A stretch of DNA of 63,987 nucleotides, the filler included, from Diploschistes diacapsis (lineage: Eukaryota), in assembly GCA_023645945.1 (NCBI GenBank). It is 13 parts of 13 records of this genome, joined end to end, with 100 filler letters (N's around TTAATTAATTAA, not from the genome) between each part and the next. Parts side by side here need not be neighbours in the genome. Positions count along the whole stretch, not along the records: positions 1 to 3,137 come from JALAIB010001992.1; positions 3,238 to 6,371 come from JALAIB010001993.1; positions 6,472 to 9,603 come from JALAIB010001994.1; positions 9,704 to 12,831 come from JALAIB010001995.1; 9 more parts are not named here. One strand, 5' to 3'. Below the pieces are notes generated by a model. The model worked only from the letters and a program-made list of their open reading frames with translations. It ran no database searches and was not told the DNA's origin. Positions 1 through 11,201 of this stretch are shown here, in pieces (within the stretch, counting starts at the first letter, position 1; every line of letters begins with the position of its first letter). The position numbers and the translations under genes were made by a program.

Positions 1-294
1 TAAATACTATAACCATTACTATCACACTACTGCATTTCATCCTTTATATAAAAATAAACGTAATAATTCCAAAATTATTATAGTAAAAACATTATTTAAA
101 AATATTTCGATAAATACACGGACACGGACACCGTAATATAAAAATATTTCGATACGGACATTAATACGGATATTACACTCCAGTAAAAACACGGACACGG
201 ATATCGCAGTTAAAAAATCTAAAACACTAATATTGATACTACGGTATCCGTGTCACGGACACCGGCAGTGTCAGTGTTAGTGACGGCCAGCCTA
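1..294 (-). mobile_element. End of a RIP-degraded, probably hAT-like DNA element with arrays of GTGTCC/GTGTCAGTG subterminal repeats
   Basis: The reverse complement starts TAGGCTGGCCGTCACT at 294 and aligns by eye with 25303-25730, including the repeated GTGTCCGTGTCCGTG units. The hAT assignment is inferred from the TAGG- terminus and short subterminal repeats. Confidence 0.6.
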
Positions 295-822
295 GCTGTA
301 ACATATATTCTAATAGTACTAATATTAATACTCCACCCAGTACCGCACTTAAATAGTATTTTAAACGAGGACTTTCGAGCAACTGTTCATAATAAGATAC
401 TAATATCATTGTGTAGGATGAAGATAATAGCTAGGAAAAATGAAGGATCAAGATCTTTAAAGACACATCTCACCTGACTAGCATTAATAATGAATATTAT
501 AAATTAATCTCTGAGAATTACTTAGATCCACAATCCAACATTTATTGGATCGGTCCATGGTCCAATATTTATTAAACTCTCAACCCAATGATTAGATTCA
601 CAAACTAAGAATCAAGAATTTCGTCTAGTAATCTTTCAACAAGTAGCATTCGATGATTGGGATCTTCGATATTCTCTTCGATTCTAGACCAGTCTAAACC
701 CTCTTTAAAATTCCTTTAACCGCTCATTAGTCCGACAGACTAATGTCTTTAGGTTAATACTCTGACAAGAAGTGTTATATATAGTACGGTCCACGGTACA
801 CTGAGGAAGTTAACTCAACCTG

Positions 823-1651
823 TAGTGCTTCTGGACTGGCCGGGCTACTGCGAACCTAATTGTCTAGCACGGAGGCCGTGAATGCCGAGCTTGGGGAAGG
901 TGCGATGAAGCATATAGAACCTGGAAAATCAGCTTTCTTTACAGTGGACGTGTCATCGTCACAGAGCATCGCAAAGGCCGTTGAGAATCGTCTCTCCTGG
1001 ATACAATGACTGGATGTGAACTTGGTGGGATCATCGCCGCTGCTGTTGTTTCCAACCCTGCGAAGATCATTGACTGTGATGGAGATCCTTTTGATTGGAT
1101 GCGTTTGACTTCGTGATGAACATTAACGTCCGCGGTGCAATTGATCTTATCAGGCAGCTTCATCCTCATTTGATCAAAGTCCAGCCGTTGGGCCCAGAGC
1201 TGGAACGGGGGCCATTGTACTTTGTTTCATCCTCAGCGGCATTCGATGGGCAGCCGGGTCAGATAGCTTACTCTGCTTCGTAAGTTTCCTCGGAGCGAGC
1301 TGCGAAATAGCTAATATCGTCACCGGTAGGAAGGGGGCAATAGCAAGCTTGACACTGCCAGTAACACGGGATCTGTCTCGGTATGGCATTCGATGTGTAA
1401 CCATTGCCCCCAGCTTATTTGAATCGGGCATGACGGCTCTCATGAATGATAAGGTGCGCAACAGCATCACACGGGTCATGGAATTTCCTCGTCACCCTGG
1501 CCGGCCCGAGGAATTCGCCAGCCTTTCCAAGGAAAGTATCGAAAATGTAACGTTAGGCGGTACAGTGCTCAGATTATATGGTGGTATGAGAATGCTAAGT
1601 AAGATATGGGAAACACAACGGGAACTCGATACATCTTTATCTTTTGCATGA
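823..1651 (+). pseudogene. 3-hydroxyacyl-CoA dehydrogenase type 2 (HSD17B10-like SDR), disrupted
   Basis: Motifs ASGL.., MNINVRG, SSSAAFDGQPGQIAYSAS|KGAIASLTLPVTRDLSRYGIRCVTIAPSLFES...FP..PGRPEEFA. GT-AG intron at about 1280-1329. The N-terminal half has frameshifts (e.g. cct ttt ga ttg gat near 1090) and stops, and no clear start. Confidence 0.75.
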
Positions 1652-1757
1652 TGGATCAACAACACCAAAACTTTGTGATCTTCCATAAGATATACAATGA
1701 AAAGCTAGAAAAGCCATTAGAGTGTAAGATAAATCTTTAAGGACACCATTCGATTAT

Positions 1758-2590
1758 CTAGGCCTTCCACATTCTCTTAACCGCCTCCGTCACACCGATA
1801 TCGTTCGTTTCAAATTGATACAGGCCAACACCGACCAATACGGTTGCAAGCTGTAGACCTCGCCAAAATAGAGGTCGCACACTTGGTAGCCGCTTAGTAG
1901 GGATGTAGTCAATGATGATGGACCTTTGAGTTTATCAATGGACATTCCGGGTTGGAATCTGAAGTCTTACTGAAACCCCACATGACAGTGAAGAAGTATG
2001 GTACCACAGAAGACCGCATCCATTACTGGGTTCAAAGAACCAGCAGCAAAGGGTGCGATCGTCAGCGGTACTAAACCCGCAGCTATCAATCTAGAGATAA
2101 CTCAGTTGTGGTCATTAAAGCGGCATTTGAGGAGAGGGACTGAGCAGTAATGGGAGCATGCCGGGAGCACCTGCCTTTCAAACGTCCAATGATAGCTGCC
2201 ATGAGCGGGGTTCGGATCGTATATGCTAACGGGTTCATTTGCTAAACATCTAAGTTAGATCGACATCGTGTACGAGCGAACTATCAACCAACTGGTCCCT
2301 TCAATATGCTCTATCGGCACCTGTTAGTGTCTGATAGGAGCTAGAGCGCCATCACAGGACTTACGAGGAAGAGCGGGTAATATTGATCTTTTGGGGGAGA
2401 TATGGAAAGATTGCCTTTGCTGGAACACTGGCGGTGTTATCGGGCCTCGATTCACTGATTCGCCGGTAGCATATAATGATGCATTCCTAACAAACATATG
2501 GGCAATATCAATAACTGCAGGAGTACCCCGGAGAGCAGCCAGCGGGATGCGCGCCCGTTGCAGCAATTGTAGTTTACTGGCAGATGCCAT
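1758..2590 (-). CDS. SDH4: Succinate dehydrogenase cytochrome b small subunit (CybS), multi-exon
   Basis: Spliced translation gives a mitochondrial presequence then SILPALP, PAHGSYHWTFER, LIAAGLVPLTIAPFAAGSLNPVMDAVFC..HCHVGFQSIIIDYIP and GLYQFETNDIGVTEAVKRMWKA*. Confidence 0.93.
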
Positions 2591-2764
2591 GTTGAATTCA
2601 AACGCGCAGTCTCAATGAAGGTGTATCGGGCTATCAAGTCTTTCCTCTTAGTAATCCTGTAATGAGGGTGACGATGTGATGATCGAGGTGAGAGCCTGAG
2701 TGGGATTGCGAGGTCTCGGTGTCAACGGTACGGTACTCGATAAATTACAAATTGGAATTATCTA

Positions 2765-3006
2765 TAGTACGTTGCAAAAAGTTAATAGAATTGTCTTGGC
2801 ATCTTGGCACTGTTTCGAAGATCGTAGTTTATTTTTTAAACTGATTTTGAAGCATTTTTCGAGCGTTTGAAACTCCATTTCGAGCTTTTTATATCGTTTT
2901 TAAATATTTTATTTCGCATGATTATATTTCTTATATCGTTTTTATCTAAAAGAGTTCTTGCGATTTTTAAAGATCTATTTTTAGGACACAAGTGAAAGTT
3001 TTATAT
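2765..3006 (-). mobile_element. Terminal part of a Tc1/mariner-like element (same family as 16890-17537)
   Basis: TA|TAGTACGTTGCAAAAAGTTAATAGAATTGTCTTGGCATCTTGGCAC is the reverse complement of the right end of the element at 17486-17539. Confidence 0.8.
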
Positions 3007-3008
3007 TA

Positions 3009-3137
3009 ACGTGTTTCACGGGGATTCCGGCCATCCCTAGATTCCGGCCACCTCAAATCATTATTTTTATCTTATATTCGATCTTTCTCAATAATGACTA
3101 CCTCGCATAGTAATAATTCGATTTTAATAGCATTTAA
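3009..3137. mobile_element. Fot1/pogo-type TIR (family B), truncated by contig end
   Basis: TA|ACGTGTTTCACGGGGATTCCGGCCA..GATTCCGGCCACCTCAAATCA with an internal direct repeat. Near-identical to the reverse complement of 16640-16702. Confidence 0.8.
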
Positions 3138-3237
3138 NNNNNNNNNNNNNNNNNNNNNNNNNNNNNNNNNNNNNNNNNNNNTTAATTAATTAANNNNNNN
3201 NNNNNNNNNNNNNNNNNNNNNNNNNNNNNNNNNNNNN
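3138..3237. other. Artificial contig linker N44-TTAATTAATTAA-N44 (also at 6372, 9604, 12832, 16059, 19285, 22509, 25731, 51616, 54836, 58052, 61268)
   Basis: Identical 100-bp spacer with stop codons in all six frames, present 12 times. Confidence 0.98.
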
Positions 3238-6200
3238 TTACTCGAAAATTAAAAATTAATATAACTTATTATTTATAACACTTAGAATCTTTAAAATAAA
3301 AATACCTCGAATCGCTCAAATCCGAACTTCATCCTTCTCAGACGTTTAAAGCGAAATACGCGTTTTTTATTATAAAAGGCATTATATCGTTCTCGAAGAA
3401 CCTTAATACTAAATATTAGATTAAAAACATAATATAACCGGTACTTTTCTTATAATCCCTAAAGACTATATGTTTGAATTCTTAGACCTCTAGTACAGCT
3501 AGAATTAATCAAGATGTCGACCTCCTTATTAAAATCGGACCTTATAATATACTAGCTGGACCTGTTCGGTAAATCATGGTATTACCGAAATTTAAAGGTC
3601 TGAACATCCTTTATAAATCCGCGTTGATTCGTAAAAAAGATACGGTTAAAACGATTTAGAACTTCGTATCATTCTTGTATAATAAAGGTTATAGCGTTAA
3701 TATAGGCTCGATTAATTTCCCTGATGGATATATATAGCTCGAAGTTCTTTAAGATCTTCTATCTTACGCGTAGAACCATATTAATCGTTTATAATAGGAA
3801 CCGCGATTGAATAAGACCTACCGAACCCGGACGTACGTAATTTATGATTTTCTTAGAACGTTCGTGTATAGCGAGAACACGTTAATGCCGACATGGCGAC
3901 ATATCATTCGAGCGTCGGAAATTTCTTAAATACGGAATTACTATATTTAATTAGATATCATATATTCTAAAACAGATTACATTTACATAGCAATTGAAGG
4001 CGCCAAGCAGCTTGTTCAGAACCTTATCGACGGCTTCGTATTAAAAGACGTAGAAATTCTAGAAACGCTGATCGTGCCAAACACAGCCACTGACGTGAAA
4101 ACGCGACTGTTCTTTCGACCATACGACGAACGGAACCCGGGCAAGGAAAAGTGCTGGGACTTCTCTGTTTATTCGGTCATCGAAACAAATAACTGGACCG
4201 AGCACAATAAAAGCCGCATCTCGATTAATATCGTAAATAACAATGCAAATCGTACACGACCGACGTACGTCTGAGAAACAAATAGCTTTATTCGGTTTAT
4301 AAAACCAGCCGATCTTTACAAGTCGCTTAATACAGTCGGCATCTATCATAAACCCCTATTCCAGAACCTACTTACCATTAAGAACGATGACGTCTCATCA
4401 TTTAACTCTTTCAAGATTATAGACATTATTTCTACTATACCAGCTCAATTCCAAGCTTCGCACGTCATGCATCCTTCGACGCTAAACTCTATTTTCTAAA
4501 CCACTTACACGACCTTCCCCGATACTGGTTCTAAAACGCCTGCGGCAATAATACCACGGTCCATCAAAAAATTAATTATTTTCTTTCGTCTAGAAGCTGG
4601 TGCTAACAAAACTTACGACTTCCAAACGACGCTATATAAAGGCAGCCCGCAGGGGTTCGAAAACTCTACGATTATCGGTGATAAAAAATAAACCCCTATC
4701 CTTATTATAGACCGACTTTTCTACAAGTCGCTCGGTGCAGTTATAGAAGCAGAGGAAACCGAAGCCAGAAATAACAAAGCTCTGACTATCTAATAGGCGG
4801 ATAACTTCGTCGCGAATCTCTTCATTTCTTTCAAACAACGGCTCCTAATGCCACCGATAGAATCGGAACTAACAATCCTTATAAATCTTTCTCGGGCATA
4901 TTATTACCTTATTCATAACGCCCTGCAACAATTAATTAAAGACGACGTCTAATAATTAAAATGATATCATAAGTCTATATACGAATAAATACTACTCCAA
5001 AAAGACCGGATATAATCAAATCAGCTATCCTAAGATAGCTCGCGTTAGACCAATAACCCACTTCCTACCTAAAAGGCCTTCATCGAAAAGGCCGGTCAGG
5101 CGAGTATTGATGGAAAGATGTGCGTCCGCGTGGGCAGATTTCTACTATCTATCTTACGCAAAAAGACCGTTCCCCTTAAGTTCATGTTATAAGAGAAATT
5201 ACTGTATCGATACTATAAAGAAGCCCTTCGTTTAAACCGCTCGTACGAATAAATCACGTAACTTATTAATTTATTCGCGCATAAAAATCCCTAAGCTAGG
5301 ATCTTAAAAATCGGAGCTGGCACCGGGAATTATACGATTAATGCATTGAAGGCGCTAAATAACGGCTAAACGGGGCAATCATTACGTTTCGCGTATTTCG
5401 ATTTTATCGACATATCTACCGGTTTCTTCGAGATAGCGAAAGATTAATTTACGAGCTGGAATAATATGGTTAATTATATGAAGCTGGATATAAAGAAAGA
5501 TACGACGGAACAGAGTTTCTAAAATAGTTCTTATGATCTAATTATTACGTGCCGTGTCTTCCATGCGACGAAAAATATAAAAACGATTATGTCTAATATC
5601 CGACGCTTATTTAAACCGGAAATAACTTTTATGATAATCGAATCAATAAACGAGACCATCGACGTAAAGTTTATTTTTAACACGTTACCCGGCTGGTAAC
5701 TAAGCGAAAAATAGGAAAAAAAACGCGATCCGTTTTTAATCGTTGATATATAGGATCGCGTACTTCGGTCGACGAGCTTTAACGGACTGGACCTAAACAT
5801 GTAAAATAATAAGATATCATTATACCACCTAAATGTTCTAGTAACCATTATTTAATATACGAGCGAAAAGCATAATCATTATGAAACTATTATCGTATCT
5901 ATCGAAAGCAATACCGAAATAATATACCTAACCGAACTTCAAGACTCGTTGTCCTCGTTAAAACGCTATAGCGCAGGCATCTAAACTATAGACTAGATTA
6001 ATTATTAAAAAAAGTTTTACATTATCGTTAATAACAACCCGAAGTCTATTTTAGTTAAACCGACCAGTAAACAATATAAATAAATTCAAAATATGCTCCT
6101 CTCAGCATTTAGGGTCTTGTAGGTAAGTCGAGGCGTAATTAGCGACTACGAGGACCTTTTATAGGCGCTTCATACGGGTATACTACGGATTTTAAGAGCT

Positions 6201-6371
6201 AAGAACATTTAAACGAAGTATATATTACTTAATCTTAATCTTTCGCGAAAAAGCTGATCCCGAATTTACTTCTAAGTCACTACCCGGGTTCTCGAGCTTG
6301 TTTTTTATAATTTTAAATAAATCGATAATATAAAAAATAAATATCGCGAACGATAAGACATTATATAAATC
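3238..6371 (+). pseudogene. RIP-inactivated highly reducing polyketide synthase fragment (end of AT, DH, C-methyltransferase, start of KR structural region)
   Basis: Stop-riddled + strand translation retains IAIEGAKQL, FVLKDVEILETLIVP, WDFSVYSV...WTEH and HVMHPSTL (DH), then ILKIGAGTG, FDFIDISTGFFE, KLDIKKD..EQSF..SYDLII..VFHAT..I...MSNIRRLFKP and FNTLPGW (CMeT). Strong TpA excess. Confidence 0.88.
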
Positions 6372-6870
6372 NNNNNNNNNNNNNNNNNNNNNNNNNNNNN
6401 NNNNNNNNNNNNNNNTTAATTAATTAANNNNNNNNNNNNNNNNNNNNNNNNNNNNNNNNNNNNNNNNNNNNCCCCTCACTTGCCCCCAAACGTCTGTTAC
6501 CAATCCCCCTCCCCAGTTTTGTTCGGGACGGAAAGCCCCAAATGCTGAGCTGCACACTAGAGCGAAAGGGGGGGCGATGAAAAGTTGAAAAATAACTGGC
6601 ATTACTTTCAACCAAGCGTATCAGGCAGAAGTCAAGTCGATCTCTTCTTTCAATGCCTATCTGCGTTCGTATCATCATATCAATGTCGTGGGTGAAGTTG
6701 TGTATCTGTAGTGGCCCAAAAAAAACCTTCTGCACCTTATTGTTGGCTCTCTGCAGACCCGACACCAGCCGAAAACTTTACCCCAAACAGACAAGTTTAG
6801 TCACAGTCACTCTACTTCGTAGTTCCCCCTCCTCCTCTTTTCCCGGACAACAATGGCATTGCATCTGCAT

Positions 6871-6900
6871 TTTGCATTTGCATTTGCATTTGCATTTGCA
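6871..6900 (+). repeat. (TTTGCA)5 microsatellite
   Basis: Seen directly, with degenerate flanking units from about 6855. Confidence 0.9.
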
Positions 6901-7654
6901 TTGCGCCGTATCGCTCCATTCGCAGAGGAAGCGCTGTCGTACTCCCTCCGATAGCATCTAGCACAGCTGCACAGGTTTGTCTGCCCCGCAAGACATGTTT
7001 GCAGGCTGTTAAAGACGTTTTTACTTCTATAAGCCGTGACCATGAATTTTGTTTGATGGACTACCCCTTTGAGACAGCGAGCGTACTTTAGCCTCACAAC
7101 AAGACCGAGCCCCTGCTCTGGCCAGAGTTGTCTCCGGCCAAAACCTTTAGTCAAGTTTAGTGGCAGCAATAACTCGAATTACGATGCGCGAAAAAAGCCA
7201 GTCTCCACGCCAAGTCCACGACTCGGCACATATTCCGACTCTTCCCCGTGGTAACCCTTTTTGTTTAGTTCCTCACCTCACGCTACCTCTCGCTAATGCA
7301 AATGCTAATGCGTGAGCACATCTTGGGTCGTTATTGAGGCTCATATCCGTTGTCACCCCCCCAGCTGGTGCGCGTGCGACGTACGTACGAACCTCCTGTG
7401 TGTAAACAATGCAGGACGCTATCTCCGTTCGACTGAACTTGAAGTGAGATTCTGACAACAAATTTAAACATGATTGCCTAATGCGTAGTCAGGTTGCGTA
7501 AGTAAGTCAGGGTTCCAGAAACTCCACACGTTTTAAAAACGAGTCGAATCTCCGAAAGTAAGCAGAGAGTTGGTGGCCCCAGACCCGCAAGCCAACGGAA
7601 ATGCGGGACGAGAATTGCACCCTGCCGTATCGTCCAAGCTACGGAGGTCCACCG

Positions 7655-8900
7655 TCATCTCATCGAACCAAAGTCAAGTTTTCGGGCAACCTGGTCGTTA
7701 CCGCGCTCACTGGCCTCACCGCCGCGCCTCTTTAGATCCTCGCCCATTTTTTGCGGTCCGCCACCCTTTTTCGGCAGATTCTCCTTCCTCGTTGGACGGG
7801 GATCGTTCGTCCACCATTGGTGCCGGAGGAACTGCTTCGCAGTACCACGCTTTCGAGGGTCAAGTATCAGCGTGGACATAAGCAAATCAACCCCGTCAGC
7901 ACCAACAGTTCCGAATGTCGTAAGATAAAAGTCTCGAGCCCGAACAGCTTGCCGAGTCTCGGGCTGGGCCCAATTCGGGAGCTGTGTGACACCTGGCCAG
8001 TTGTCTTCCGAGGGAGTTCCAATCGCTTGGCATATCAGGTCCGTCTGATGGAGGTCGCTGTTGCCAGCCATGAAAGGTGTCCTAAGGACGAGCTCGGCAA
8101 AGACGCAACCCATAGACCAGACATCGACAGCACCGGCGTAATGCCTTGCGCCAAACAAAAGCTCCGGCGGCCGGTACCATCGTGTGATAACGTTACACGT
8201 CATGCGATTAAAAGGATCTGCGAAAGATCTAGCAAGGCCAAAATCCGCGAGCTTCACTTCACCGTCCGCGGCTATCAGCAAGTTGTTGGGCTTGATATCG
8301 CGGTGCAAGACGAAATTCTCGTGGCAGAACCACACGGCACGTCCGAGCATGCCCATCCACGCCTTGATATCCTGCAAGCTGTATCTAATGCTATCGGTAT
8401 CGCGGATCAGCATCTCAAGATCGCCCAGTGGTAGGTACTCAAGGACGAGGCTGATGTTCTGGCTTTTGGAGGCGTAGACATCGTGCATGGCAATGATGTT
8501 CGGGTGGGAGAGCTCCTGCAGGAATCTGATTTCGCGGATTGCACTGACGGAGATCCCGGCATCTCTCTCGTCTTGCACGATCTTGATCTTCTTGATCGCT
8601 ACTTTAAAACTCGGGTCTGATTTTAGATACCCCAGTGACACGACGGCATATGTGCCTTCGCCCAACTTCTTGTCTTGTTATCGTTAGTCGACTCTAAATG
8701 AGGCCTTTAGAAAGCACACCTTTTGCATATTTCTTCTTAGTCTCATCGTTCATCTGCTCTGCTACCTCAGGCTCCGCTTTACCTGACTCAGACTGACCGT
8801 TTAGGATATCCATTGAACTCGTCCTGACTGCCAAACTTTTAGCCTTGCTTATGGTCTTGTCAGACTCATCCTTATCGAAGATGTTGGGTGAAACAGCCAT
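7655..8900 (-). CDS. KIN28: TFIIH CDK-activating/CTD kinase (CDK7 family), 2 exons
   Basis: GEGTYAVV, VAIKKIK, AIREIRFLQELSHPNII, HRDIKPNNLL, LADFGLARSFADP, VITRWYRPPELLFGA and the C-terminal ARKLDF. Short GT-AG intron at about 8672-8718. Confidence 0.95.
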
Positions 8901-9405
8901 CTTGATAAGCCCTTGAGTGAGTTCTGAACAATGTCTATGCTCGATTATACTTGATTAGTTCAACACGTAGTTGATACTTCAATAACCTCGGGCTCCCATC
9001 TTTTGAACCCTGCCAGTCAGCTTGGATGGTCCATTCATCCTTTGCTCAATACACTGAAGTATCAGCAACATTATTTTTGTCTTTGTGCCACTGTGAGAGA
9101 TTGAATCTCGAACCCTCAAAGTAACAGCCTAGAATGGACCGTGCGTGCTAACGACAGGGATTATGGTGCCCTGGCATCCGGGAGCATTCCAGCCGCAGGT
9201 GCGTCATCGCCGAGGGGCTACGACTCGGGCAATATCTGACCAAGTGACCTTAACAGAGTGCCATAACATTTGCTACAATCATTTTACTTTATCATCTGTT
9301 GGGTGCCAATTCACCTGATAAACAGAGCTTTGCCCAAGGTTTGCACGAAGCAAGAACCCTTCGTCTCCAGCCCTCACTGCATATCTAGTACCCCAGTCAA
9401 TCACC

Positions 9406-9603
9406 ATGTCCGGTAAGGCTACCGTGAAGCCACTTATCAAGGCTACCTACTAATCGACGGCAGCACCCCCAGACTATTGTAAACACAACACTTCTTTACC
9501 TTCACGGCCCTTTTAATCAGTCTTACTCCCTAGATGCTATCCTCGAAGTTTCCCCGACCGCAACCCAACAACAAATCCGTGATGCCTACAAGAAGTACAA
9601 CAA
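9406..9603 (+). CDS. DnaJ-domain protein, 5' end (truncated by contig end)
   Basis: Micro-exons splice to MSAPPDYYAILEVSPTATQQQIRDAYKK, which is J-domain helices I-II. Canonical GT..CTAA(T)..AG introns. Confidence 0.8.
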
Positions 9604-10216
9604 NNNNNNNNNNNNNNNNNNNNNNNNNNNNNNNNNNNNNNNNNNNNTTAATTAATTAANNNNNNNNNNNNNNNNNNNNNNNNNNNNNNNNNNNNNNNNN
9701 NNNCTGGGGGTTCAGGGTCATCATATGGTGCTATGAATGTAGCATGTGATACAGCGCATCATAGAGAGGTATATTAGGGCCCCTTTGATGGAGAAAAAAT
9801 TAAAAAATTAAAAAAGGGCAAGGGGACTGCTGAATGAGGAAAGAGGGATGTGAATGAAGAAAAGGAGATACTGTGAGATGATTAAGCTAATGTCGGGTTC
9901 CGCCCCTATTAGCGCTGCTACAAATGGCAGAGTCATTTCTCTACGCACAGCCTTCTTCTTGCTTGCACTCCGCATGTGCTCCTCGACGTCAGCGTGCAGC
10001 TTTTCTGAGGTCAAAGCTGCAGAGAAGGTTGTAGCCCACGGAAAAACTTTTGTCGGACTTTAGGAGAGTTATCAACTTATCTTACGATATGAGCCAGCCC
10101 TAGCTGTTCGCCAGGGGAAGCGAAACAACGACAATAATGAACACACGGAGAGCTCAATCAGAGCTCAATCAAAGCAAGTCGACACTCCGAAAGGAACAGC
10201 TTTTTCCGGCACCTCG

Positions 10217-11201
10217 TCAATCGGCATAGTGGATATCCACAGAGTTCTGCTTGGCCTGTGGCCACCTCTTTCCATACCAGCCCCTGTCCTTCTTGTACGT
10301 CGGCGGCCCGTTCGGGCACACCCCTCTCGGTGGCTTCCCGCCCGTATGCGGCCTGGTATCCGGAGTCGAGGCGTCCCCCCAATGCGGCCACACGCTCAGT
10401 TTCGGCCCGTCTCCGTGCGCCCACGCCTCCTTACCCCCAGCATCGCGCATGCACCCGCCGTTCTGGCACCATTCGTCCTTGTTCTTGCTGGCTTTCTCCT
10501 TGCGGATGCGGTCCAGTGGTTCCTGCACGTCCACGAACTCGTACTTGCTGAGCCAGGTGTTGTTCTTCCACGTTGCGTCCTGCGGCTGCGCAAGGTTGGA
10601 CCAAGCGGAGTAGGTGTCGCGCAGCCAGCAGCGGTTGGGGAAGGTGACTGCATCGCAAACTACAGGAAGAGAGGAAAGAGATTAGTCAAAGCTGCTGGCA
10701 GGAAGGCCAAGGAATCCGAGGCGGAAAGGGATGAGCGAAAAGCAGAAGCTCACGATCCACGTAACTCCCCGTCACCAGCTCGTCCGGCTTCTTGGGCGAG
10801 TATCCCATCTGGCATGCCGCGCCTCCCCTTAGCCCCGCCTCGCGGTAACACACCGCCGCGTCCGCGCCGGAGTCGAGCGCGGCGTTGATGCACGGCTTGC
10901 ACGCGTTGTGGCAGTGTCCCGGATTGTCCCAGTGCAGCGAGTCCGAGTACCAGGTTCGGTCACCGCATTCCGAAGCCTTCCACCCGGAGTCGTTGTACAA
11001 GTTCCAGCACTTTCGCAGGTTCTCCGTCCACGCGTTGCTGAAGAACGACTCATTGACCGGGCGGGAAGGCCGCGCGAGGAGGCAGTTCTGGTGGTTGTAT
11101 GGGTCCCAGGGTATGGCCGGGGCGGAGAGGGTGGGCGTGGCGAGCAGGAGCATGAGGGAGACGAGGAAAGGGGCGTAGTGGAAGAACGTGGGTAGTCTCA
11201 T
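10217..11201 (-). CDS. Secreted Cys/Trp-rich protein of unknown function (~296 aa, 2 exons)
   Basis: Hydrophobic signal peptide MRLPTFFHYAPFLVSLMLLLATPTLSAP. An intron at 10660-10753 (GTGAGC..GACTAAT..TAG) joins ORF 10686-11201 in frame with ORF 10217-10534. High GC3. Confidence 0.8.
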
